Source of the DNA: an uncultured Verrucomicrobiae bacterium
GTDB lineage: Bacteria > Verrucomicrobiota > Verrucomicrobiia > Chthoniobacterales > UBA10450
DNA length: 64,000 nt
Assembly (NCBI GenBank): GCA_963726745.1
Contig: CAVSDR010000002.1
Coordinates: 96,001 to 160,000, forward strand
Reading direction: 5' to 3'
A program made the position numbers and the translations under genes. Each line of letters starts with the position of its first letter. Position 1 is the stretch's first letter. Under the pieces are notes generated by a model. That model was given only the letters and a program-made list of their open reading frames with translations, ran no database searches and was not told where the DNA came from. Positions 42,218 through 51,161 of this stretch are shown in pieces.

Positions 42218-43121
42218 ATGATTGAATTACTCGTTCCCCGGGAACGCGCCGGCCTGCGGCTGGATCGCTTCCTCGCGCTGGAATTGCCGGATTTTTCGCG
42301 CTCGCGCCTGCAGGCGTTGATCGAGGGAGGATTCGTTAGGCTAAACGCCGCGGTGCCGCGCACGCGCGAAATCGTGAAGACGGGCGATGCGGTGACGCTG
42401 GAAGTGCCGGCGCCGGAAAAGATCGAGGCCGAGGCGGAAGAGATCGCGCTGCAAATTCTTTTCGAGGACGACGATCTCCTGGTGCTGGACAAGCCCGCGG
42501 GGATGGTGGTGCATCCGGGCGCGGGCAACCGCGAGCACACGCTGGTGAACGCGCTCCTGCACCATTGCACCGCGCTTTCCGGCATTGGCGGAAAGGAGCG
42601 GCCGGGGATCGTCCATCGTCTCGACAAGGAAACCAGCGGCTGCCTGGTGGTGGCGAAGAACGACCAGGCGCACCGCGAACTTTCGCGGCAATTTGCCGCG
42701 CGCACGATGACGAAGACTTATCTCGCGCTGGTCGCGGGGCGACTCGAAAAAAGCCAGCGGCACGATCGACGCGCCGATTGCGCGGCACCCGATCCATCGG
42801 CAGCGAATGGCGATCGCGCGCTCGACCCGTGGGCGCTCCGCGCGGACCGATTACAAAGTGGTGCGCGCGGGCACCAGCGCGAGCCTGGTGGAGTGTGCGC
42901 TGCACAGCGGACGGACGCACCAGATCCGGGTGCACTTGCATCATCTTGGGCATCCGGTTTTAGGCGACAAGCTCTACGGCGCGCGCTTGGCGAAAGCCTA
43001 TCCACGCCAAATGCTGCACGCTTGGCGGCTGGGGTTCACGCACCCGACAACGGGTGAAGCGATGCAGTTCGAAGCGCCGCTGCCGGCGGACTTCAACGAC
43101 GCGCTCGAGCTTCTGGACTAG
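42218..43121 (+). CDS. RluA-family (RluD-like) pseudouridine synthase, frameshift at the A-run near 42750
   Basis: S4 domain RLDRFL..SRSRLQ, KPAGMVVHPG, VHRLDKETSG, SGRTHQIRVH, LHAWRLGF.HP. Confidence 0.92.
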
Positions 43122-43122
43122 G

Positions 43123-43162
43123 CGCAAAAAAGCCGCGGCGCTCACGAGGAACGCCGCGGCTT
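43123..43162 (-). terminator. Rho-independent terminator between convergent genes
   Basis: Stem AAGCCGCGGCG / CGCCGCGGCTT (43130-43162) followed by a T-run on the minus strand. Confidence 0.75.
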
Positions 43163-43178
43163 GAAGTTGCTGTCTAAA

Positions 43179-44048
43179 TTAGGCGGCCTGCCGGCGGCGC
43201 AGGAAGATCGCCCCGCCGATCAAGCTCACCGCGAGCAGCGCGTAGGTCGAAGGCTCCGGGACTACGGCGATGTCGCGCAGCGCTGCGCCGTTGAGCGTGC
43301 TCACGGGCGTAAGCACCGCGGTGGTGAGGTTAAGCGTGTAGAGCGAATTGCCGCTCGAGAAGTAGGCGGTGTTCGTGCTGCCGCCACCGTGGTGAGCACG
43401 TCGAGACCGGTGATGCCATTGAGCGCATCAAACATCACTCCACCGAGCATGAGCGTGCCGACGGTCGTGAGCGTGGAGAACTGCGGCGCGGTCGATGTGG
43501 AGGATGAGCGCGTTCAGGGTGGCGTCGATGCTGTAAAGCGCGGTCGAAGCGGGCCCGGCGATGTTGTTCGTGTAAGCCGCGGCGACCAGGTTCGGGGTCG
43601 CGCCTTGATTCGGATCGCCCGCGGCGAAGGTGAAGGCTCCATCCGAGGTCACCACGCCAGTTCCGGGCGTGAGGCGGAAGTTATTCGTGCCGGCGAAAGA
43701 CGCGCAGGCGGTTAGCCGGCGGGATTGAAGTCAATCACCGTCGCTCCGGGGACGGCGTTGTTAACGTCGAGCGTGGCCGCGCCCGTGGAACTCAAAGTGT
43801 AGAGCGATCCGCTCGAACCCATGCCGTAGAGGAGGCCGTTGCTGGAGGAGAAGTAGTCGATCCCGATCAGGCTATCGCCAGCATTCAGTCCCGTGATCGG
43901 GACGGTCGTAGGAACGGAAGCCAGGGGAGCTATAGAAGGAGAGGGAGGTCCCGGCAGCGCCGAGACCCACGAGTGACTGCGCCTGCGCGAAGCCGGCCAG
44001 GCCGACCAAGAGGAGAGCGGAGGTAAGGCTAACGAGTAGTTTTTTCAT
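43179..44048 (-). CDS. DUF4394-domain PEP-CTERM surface protein (multiple frameshifts)
   Basis: Signal peptide MKKLLVSL..AQA; pieces ITGLNAGDSLIGID, DFNPAANRLR, GDPNQGATPNLVAAAYTN, LYSID; tail VPEPSTYALLAVSLIGGAIFLRRRQAA*. Confidence 0.8.
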
Positions 44049-44078
44049 AGGGATTGAGTTCTGGGTATCGCGCGGTTT

Positions 44079-44104
44079 TTCGCCACTGGTTCGAGCTTGG
44101 ATGC
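44079..44104 (-). promoter_or_regulatory. Putative SigK-type ECF promoter GCATCC-N16-CGAA upstream of the DUF4394 gene
   Basis: Minus strand GCATCC aagctcgaaccagtgg CGAA, about 30 bp before ATG 44048. Confidence 0.45.
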
Positions 44105-44127
44105 ACGAAAATCGCCAGTCGAGAAAA

Positions 44128-45465
44128 TTAGGCGCGCGCCGGCGCCGGATCTTTTTCTTCAGGCGAGCGAAGCAAAAAGAAGGCAGTCGCGACCAGGGGC
44201 GGCAGGATAATGATGCCGCGCATCCAGAGTTCGGCGTGCCAGGGCAGGAGGAAGAGGCGCTCGTTCCAGAAGAGGAAGTAGGCGAAGAGCGTAACGGAGA
44301 GCATTTGCCAGGGCTGCGCCCCGCGCCAGGCGGCCAGCGGAAGGATCCAGGTGAGATACCATGGGTGCAGGACCGGACTGAGAATGAGGGCAATCCCGAG
44401 CACCCAGAGCATCCCGCGTCGCCAATTGCGAAAGAAGACGAGCGAGAGCAGGAGCACGGCGACGACGATGACGACATTATACTGGTAGTTCTTTTGCCGG
44501 ATGTTCGGCCAGACGGTCTCCTCGATGATCCACCAGAAGAGATCGTTCAAGCGGGTGACGTAGGCGAAGTTGCCTAACGACTCCCAGATGTCGATCTGCG
44601 GATAGCCGTAGAGCAAACTCAACCCGCCCGGGATGGCCGCGCTCAGGAGCAGGGCGGGGGACCGCCCGCGGAGTGCGAAAACAGCCAGCGGAATGAGCAG
44701 GACGGGGATGAGCTTGATCGAAATCGCGACCCCGAAGAGCGCCGCCGCGCCGAGCGCCAGGAGCCACCGCTGCCGCGCGTCCGGTGCGCTCTCCTGCCGG
44801 ACGAGCAAGAGGATGCCGCCGAGCATGGGCAGGATCATGAGGCTGTCGAAATGCGCCGCGCCGGCAAAGCTGTAGAGCACCAGCGGATTCCAGGCATACC
44901 ACGCGGCCTGCGCATAACGTCCCGCGCCCGGAAGCAGGAGCAGGAGAAGGCCGGCGGTGGCCAGATCGGCCGCGGCGAAGAGGAGCTTGTAGACCAGCGG
45001 GCTCCCGGTCACGCGGCTTAACCCCGCGAAAAGCAGTTCGGTGCCCGGCGGATAAATCGCGCGGAAGTCGCGGTGGTTGATCTTGTAGAACTCGGGAAAG
45101 GTCGCGCGCAGCGGCGCAAGGGTGACGTCGTCCGGCGCGGTCACGTAAGGATTGAATCCGGCCTGCTGGATTTTGCCTTCCCATTGGTAACGCCAGAAGT
45201 CGTCGCCCGGTTCCAGGGGCAAAACGACCAGCCGCAAGGCAATGGCCACGGCCCAAAAGAGGGCTGCCTGTTTCCGCGGCGCTCAGCCATTCCGGGAAAG
45301 CGCCGGCCGCGAAGAGAAATGCGACCCCGCAGGCCATCCCCGTCGCGACGAAGCGCACCGGCATTTCCTGCAGGCGCCAATCGTCGAAAAGATTCGAGCG
45401 TCGCAGCCAGGGCGAACTCGCAGGCGAGCGCGCACGACGAAGCGAAGCAGCAGCGCCCGACGCAT
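44128..45465 (-). CDS. GT-C fold membrane glycosyltransferase (GT87/DUF2029-like); N-terminus frameshifted
   Basis: GDDFWRYQWEGK..GFNPY, IYPP, YAWNPL, AHFD, SPVLHPWY; probable start MRRALLL at 45465. Confidence 0.8.
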
Positions 45466-45469
45466 CGCT

Positions 45470-48008
45470 TCAGCCGGGCAATTCTCGAGGCCGTGGTGGC
45501 GTTGCCCTTGATCCGGCTAAGGCCGAGACGATAGGCAGCGAGATCCACCAACTCCGCCACGCGTGACTTCAACTGCCGCGCGCGCAGAGCCAGGAAGGTA
45601 ATGAACACGGCATACGGCAGCAGGATCCATGGCTGCGCGTTGGCGGTGTTGAGCTGGTGATAGATGAGAAGCGTAACGATCACGAGATTGATGATCACCG
45701 TGGTCGGGACGAAGCGGTGCCGCAGCCGCACGCGCGTGAGGCATTTCGGACCGCCGTGATATTCGGTCACGCTTTGCAGAGTCACGCTCCACCAGAAGTT
45801 GCCGTAGATTTGGATATCCCACTCGTTCCACCCGGTGTCGCTGCTGTAGCGCCAGCCTTCCTCCTCGAGCAGGGCAAAGATCACCCCGAGGAGCTGATGC
45901 CGATCTTTGCTCTCCTCGCTCCAATAGCTTCGGCGCTCCGGCGTTTCCGCACCCGCTGTCTCCGGCGGCAGAAGTTCATGGGCGGTAATGACGGCGCGCG
46001 GGGTGCGCTTAAACTGCAACCAGGTGAAGTAACGCGACCAGCCGCGGACGAGCGGTTGCGCGATCGCGAGGAAAGTGACGAACAGACGCGCGGCGACGGT
46101 GTCGAACTTCGGCTCGATGCGCGCGCGCAGCATGTAGGACATGGCCACGCAGAGCGTGCCGCCGAGCATCAGGTACGGCACGATGCGCACCTCCGGCAGG
46201 AAGATTCCGAGCCCGAAAAGGAAGACCGTGAGCGCGAACCACTCGACGCTGCCCAGATAGGCAGCGAGTTCACTTTGCGGCGTGGGATAGATCGATTGGA
46301 AGAAGCCGTCGCCAAAAATGCCGTGGTAGATAATCGGGCGATTGATAAACCAGCTGAAGCGCGGCGTGCCGTAGATCTGCCCGCGCCATTTCGCGGTGCC
46401 GGTGGGCCCGAAAAAGATCAGGTGCTTGAAGCGGAGCATCGACTCCGCTTCGCCGTAGCCTTCCTGTTGTTTCCGAAAAGCCTTGAGGGTGAAACGCCGG
46501 TAATGCCAGACAATCGCGGTCGGGCTGAAGGCAATCTCGAAGCCGGCCTGCTGCACGCGCCAGCAGAAATCGACGTCGTCGCCAGCTTTGTGATACTCCG
46601 CATCGAAGCCGCCCACGTTTTCAAAAGCCCAACGCCACCAGGCCATGTTACAGCCGGGAATATGCTCGGCGACGGTATCGGTCAGGAGCACGTGGCTGGG
46701 CCCGCCGGGCGCAGCGGCGACGCAGGCTTGGACCCAATTTTGCGCCGGCGGCGAGATGTTTGGTCCGCCTACCCCCGCGTAATCGCCGCTCAACAAAGTG
46801 CTGACTAAAAAGTAGAGCCAGTCGACATCGGCCATGCAATCGGAGTCGGTGTAGGCAAAGATTTCGCCGCGGGCCGCGGCCGCGCCGGTGTTGCGCGCGT
46901 GGCTCAGGCCGTGGTTCGTCTGGTGGAGATAACGCACGCCGGGAAAGCGGGCGGCGATTTCCGGGGTGTTATCGGTCGAGCCGTCGTCCACCAGGATGAC
47001 TTCGTAATCGGGGTAATCGATTTTGCCTAACGACTCCAGGCAAGCTTCGAGCGTGGCCGCGCCATTATAGGAGCAGACGATCACGGAAATCGAAGGCGTG
47101 CGCGCAAGCGGCACCCGCTCCAGCGGCTGCTCCGGCGCGCCCAGGCGATCGCGGAGCGCGTGGAAGGATTTCTTCGGCTGTCGATCGCGCGTGACCAAGC
47201 CAAAGGCCCAGTCGGTAATTTCCTGGTCGCCGGTGAACCATTCGTCGGTCCAGGCGAAGAAGATCGTCCCGGCAAGCCCGCACTTGAGCACGCTGTCGAC
47301 GTGCCAGCAGAGCATCGCGGCCTGCTCTTCCTCGGGGTGGCGGATCGTGTCCATGCCGAACTCGCCCAGGATGAGCGGGCGGTCTTCCGCGAGATTCTGC
47401 AGGCGGAGGAGGTAGCGCTCGAAGTCGCGCTGGTTATGCAGGTAAACGTTGAAGCAATAGAAGTCGACGTTCTGCGGCAGGAGGAACTCGGTCGGCGGAA
47501 AGCTGGCGTAGGAGAAGAGGACGTGGGGGTTTTCCGCCCGCCCCACGCGGATGAGGTGCTCGAGGAATTCCGTGACCCGGCGCACGCCGAGCCAGCGGAC
47601 CATGTTGCTGCTTATTTCGTTGCCGACGAGGTAACCGAAGATCGCCGGATGCCCGGCGTGCGCGGCCACGGTCGAGCGGACCGCTTCCGTGATGGCGTCG
47701 CGCGCGCTCTTTTCGCGAAGGAATTCAATGTGCTTGGCCCACGGGACGGTGATGAGCACGCGCACGCCGGCGGCCGCGCAGCGATCGAGGAACCACCGCG
47801 GGGGGCAATGATAAATGCGGAGGACATTAACCCCGACGTCGCGCATGAGCCCGAGGTCGGTCTCGAGTTTTTGCGGGTCGCCGAGGTAGTGGCCTTCCGC
47901 GTCCGGCCGGAACGGTCCGTAGGTGACTCCTTTGACGAAGAATTTGCGGTCCCCATCGAAGAAGAACTTTGCGACTGCGCGCACCGGGCCAGGACTCGGG
48001 GAACTCAC
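45470..48008 (-). CDS. Fusion of glycoside-hydrolase-like TIM barrel (GH2/GH-A clan) and GT2 glycosyltransferase with TM C-terminus; true stop approximate
   Basis: VKGVTYGPF, VGNE and LGEFG motifs; ISVIVCSYN, VDDGSTD, YTDSDC, GDDVD. Confidence 0.85.
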
Positions 48009-48061
48009 AAGCGAGTTTCCTAGTCCACGCGCCCGGGCGGCGCAAAGGATTTACCGCGCGG

Positions 48062-48643
48062 CTAGAGCTTCGGGCCGATGATCTGGCGCAGCTTCATCAT
48101 CCCGCGGCGGATACGAGCCTTGACCGTGCCGAGCGGCTGCCGGAGTTGCTGCGCGATTTCCTGCTGCGTCAGGCCGCCAAAGAACGCCAGCTCAATCGCC
48201 TTGCGCTGGTCGTCGGAAAGTTGGATGACCGCGCTCCGGACCATTGCCTGCGTCTCGTGCGCGCTGGCTTCATCGGAGGAATCGATCTCGGTCATGCGGT
48301 CCCAGATTTTCGCCTCTTCTTCGATCTCGTCGTGTAAACGGCGACGGCGCTGGAGACGGCGGAGGCGATCGATCGCTTTATTGCGAGTCAAAGTCATCGC
48401 CCACGTAAGCGGTTTACCGCGGCGGACATCGTAGACGGAAGCTTTCTCCCAGATCTGGACAAAAGCTTCCTGCACCACCTCCTCGGCATCGCGGGCATTA
48501 TTCAGCACGCGGAATGCAGTGGCGAGGAGCACGCCGGAATAGCGGCGATAAAGCTCGTTCAAGCTGCTGTGATCTCCGATGGCGGCCCGGCGGAAGAGTT
48601 CGGTGTCTTGGAGAGGAGAGGAATCGAGGGTGGTGGTAGACAT
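48062..48643 (-). CDS. ECF RNA polymerase sigma factor (SigK-like)
   Basis: DAEEVVQEAFVQIW, W..TLTRNKAIDRLR, LAFFGGLTQQEIA..PLGTVKARIRRG. Confidence 0.92.
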   Translation of the reverse strand: MSTTTLDSSPLQDTELFRRAAIGDHSSLNELYRRYSGVLLATAFRVLNNARDAEEVVQEAFVQIWEKASVYDVRRGKPLTWAMTLTRNKAIDRLRRLQRRRRLHDEIEEEAKIWDRMTEIDSSDEASAHETQAMVRSAVIQLSDDQRKAIELAFFGGLTQQEIAQQLRQPLGTVKARIRRGMMKLRQIIGPKL

Positions 48644-48653
48644 ACATTAACCT

Positions 48654-48680
48654 TTCGGTAGACAAAAGGTAGACGGATGC
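48654..48680 (-). promoter_or_regulatory. Putative autoregulatory ECF promoter GCATCC-N16-CCGAA
   Basis: Minus strand GCATCC gtctaccttttgtcta CCGAA, 10 bp before the sigma ATG. Confidence 0.4.
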
Positions 48681-48719
48681 CTGACGACGTAAAGTTTTTT
48701 CGAAATCTTTTTCCAGCTT

Positions 48720-50006
48720 CTAGGCGCCCGGGGTGCGCCACCCCTCGGCCATCACCGCGGTCGTGCGGCTGATGTCGCCGGCTGTGTGGGCGGTGGAAAT
48801 GAAACCAGTCTCGAACTGCGACGGCGCAACGTAGACGCCATGATCGAGACAATGCCGGAAGAAGTGCGCAAAGCGGGCGCGATCGCTCCGTTGCGCCGTG
48901 GCCAGGTCGAGCACGGGTTCAGCGGTGAAGAAGAGGCAAAACATCGAGCCGATGCGATGGAAAGTGAAGCTCTCGTTCGACCGCCGGAGCGCGGCGCGGG
49001 TCTCCCGCTCAAATTGCGCACCCAGAGTCTCGAGCAAGGCCCAGCCATTGATCCGCTCAAGCTCCCGCAATTGCGCCAGCCCGGCGGCCATTGCCAGCGG
49101 ATTCCCGGACAGGGTGCCAGCCTGGTAGACGGGGCCGAGCGGCGAAAGGCAATCCATGATCTCCGCCCGCCCGCCGAACGCGCCCACCGGCAGGCCGCCG
49201 CCGATGACTTTGCCGAGTGCGGTCAAGTCGGGCGTGATTTGGTAAAGTTCCTGCGCGCCACCGCGAGCCACACGGAATCCGGTCATCACTTCGTCGAAAA
49301 TAAGCAGCGCGCCGTGCCGGGTGCATTCTTCGCGGAGCTGCGCGAGGAACTGATCGCGCGGGAAGAAGAGGCCGGCATTGGCCGGAATCGGCTCGAGAAT
49401 GATCGCCGCGATCTCGTCGGTGTTTTCGCGAAAGGCGGTCCGCACCGCCTCGATGTCATTAAAGGGAAGCGCGATCGTGAGATCGGCGAAGCGCGCTGGC
49501 ACGCCTGCACTATCCGGAGCGCCATGGGTGAGCGCGCCGCTCCCCGCGTTCACCAGGAGCGAGTCGACGTGCCCATGGTAGCAGCCCTCGAACTTGATGA
49601 TTTTTTCCCGTCCGGTGAACCCGCGTGCGAGTCGGATGCAGGACATGGTGGCTTCGGTGCCGCTGTTGACCATGCGGACCTTCTCGATCGAAGGCACCCA
49701 ACGGCAGATTAATTCCGCCATCTCCACTTCGAGCGGGTTGGGAATGCCAAAGCTCACTCCGCGCGCGGCCGCCGCGCTCACCGCCTCGACCACGACTTTC
49801 GGCGCATGCCCGAGAATCGCCGGGCCCCACGTGCCGACGTAGTCGATGTATTCATGGCCATCGACATCCCAAAGGCGGGCGCCTTCCGCGCGCTCGACAA
49901 AGAACGGCTCGCGGTCGAGCCCGCGGAATGCGCGCACAGGGGAGTTCACGCCACCCGGGATGCGTTTCTGGGCGGCGGCAAAGAGATCGGCGGAGGATGC
50001 GGTCAT
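48720..50006 (-). CDS. hemL: Glutamate-1-semialdehyde 2,1-aminomutase
   Basis: [51 protein letters not shown]. Confidence 0.96.
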   Translation of the reverse strand: MTASSADLFAAAQKRIPGGVNSPVRAFRGLDREPFFVERAEGARLWDVDGHEYIDYVGTWGPAILGHAPKVVVEAVSAAAARGVSFGIPNPLEVEMAELICRWVPSIEKVRMVNSGTEATMSCIRLARGFTGREKIIKFEGCYHGHVDSLLVNAGSGALTHGAPDSAGVPARFADLTIALPFNDIEAVRTAFRENTDEIAAIILEPIPANAGLFFPRDQFLAQLREECTRHGALLIFDEVMTGFRVARGGAQELYQITPDLTALGKVIGGGLPVGAFGGRAEIMDCLSPLGPVYQAGTLSGNPLAMAAGLAQLRELERINGWALLETLGAQFERETRAALRRSNESFTFHRIGSMFCLFFTAEPVLDLATAQRSDRARFAHFFRHCLDHGVYVAPSQFETGFISTAHTAGDISRTTAVMAEGWRTPGA

Positions 50007-50065
50007 GGTTTCGGCAGAAAGGTGCGCGCTTCTCGAATTCCCGTCCAACGATCAGGCTGCGCGCG

Positions 50066-50094
50066 TTGACAGTACCGCGGCGTGCTCCTAATCT
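50066..50094 (+). promoter_or_regulatory. Sigma-70 promoter of tRNA-Cys
   Basis: TTGACA (50066-71), 17-bp spacer, TAATCT (50089-94). Confidence 0.75.
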
Positions 50095-50108
50095 CCCGCT
50101 CGCGCAAT

Positions 50109-50180
50109 GGCGGGGTAGCCAAGTGGTAAGGCAGCGGTCTGCAAAACCGCTATTCGTGGGTTCGATTCCCGCCCCCGCCT
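50109..50180 (+). tRNA. tRNA-Cys (anticodon GCA), CCA not encoded
   Basis: Acceptor GGCGGGG/CCCCGCC, anticodon arm GCGGT-CTGCAAA-ACCGC, T-loop TTCGATT, discriminator T. Confidence 0.95.
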
Positions 50181-50199
50181 CTCCTTCGCCGAAGCCAGC

Positions 50200-50375
50200 A
50201 TGCCAGCGCGAGCGCATTCGGCGTATACACGGCTGCGGCCACGCTTGGCCGATCTTCCGCAGCTTGCTCGGCGATGGCAGGGTGCCGTCTACCGCGTCAC
50301 CACTTTGGATTACCCGAGCGCCGAGGCAATTCTTTCGGGGCAGGGGAGCTTTTCGCACGTGGAAGCCGGGCTAGG
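50200..50375 (+). pseudogene. Truncated N-terminal fragment of a RES-domain toxin-like gene
   Basis: ..ARRWQGAVYRVTTLDYPSAEAILSGQGSF; similarity stops where GGRWN would be expected. Confidence 0.5.
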
Positions 50376-50456
50376 AGAAAATCACCGCATCTCGCCGTTA
50401 CGAGGCATTGCGCAGGAGGGCCCACAGGCGGAACGCTTCGTGCTTTTTGAAAGCGC

Positions 50457-51161
50457 GTGGCGAGGAAATCAAATGGCGGGAAACCATACGAGCGCACCTT
50501 ATCGCTCCGTGAGCTCATGCCGGCGGCGCCTTTTGCGGATGGGCTCGGTTTGGCAGCGGTGCCCATCCGAGGTGAGGGGCCATCCCGGTGCAGTGAGCGT
50601 CGTTTTGGCAGCGGACGGAGCGCGCTTGTTATCACCTTACTGGCGGCGATCGCTTTTGGCGGCGGACTCATCCTTGCGCTGGTCCCGGCGCGCGGTGGGG
50701 GTCGCCCGAGCCTGATGGCCGGGCGCGAAGCCGAGGTGATCTATCTCCCGCCGGCGCGGACCCACGCCGTGGCCGGGGAAAGGGCCAGACCCGGCCTGCC
50801 TGACCTGGTTTTTGCGCAGCGTGCGCTCGTTAGCCAGCAAGTTGGAAGCGTGCTGTCTTCTCCCGATTCAACGCCATGGAAATCGAGCGACGCGAAGTCG
50901 TCCGAGGCCGGCCAGGTCGCCGCTTCGGCACGCCTCCAATACGAGACCTTGCGGGAGCATTACCTCGAGGCGACGCAGTTCGCCGCGAACGGAACCTGGC
51001 GCGCTGGTGGCCAGGGAAACGCCGACGGTGGATCGACTTCCGCGGGCTTCGAGGCCGTGCAGATCGCGGCGATTCCGGAAGTCCCGGCGGTTGGGCCGGT
51101 CGTTGCGGGACTGCTCGCGCTCATCGCCTGGCGGCATCGCCGCCAATCAAGGCGCGGCTAA
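50457..51161 (+). CDS. Hypothetical protein with a PEP-CTERM-like tail; start uncertain
   Basis: Hydrophobic segment near N-terminus; tail AAIPEVPAVGPVVAGLLALIAWRHRR. Confidence 0.45.
   Translation: MARKSNGGKPYERTLSLRELMPAAPFADGLGLAAVPIRGEGPSRCSERRFGSGRSALVITLLAAIAFGGGLILALVPARGGGRPSLMAGREAEVIYLPPARTHAVAGERARPGLPDLVFAQRALVSQQVGSVLSSPDSTPWKSSDAKSSEAGQVAASARLQYETLREHYLEATQFAANGTWRAGGQGNADGGSTSAGFEAVQIAAIPEVPAVGPVVAGLLALIAWRHRRQSRRG

Noticed and set aside
45141..45470. C-terminal extension or fusion of GH-GT2 into the GT87 gene
   Set aside because: The extension contains out-of-frame pieces of the GT87 N-terminus, best explained by indels near the junction.
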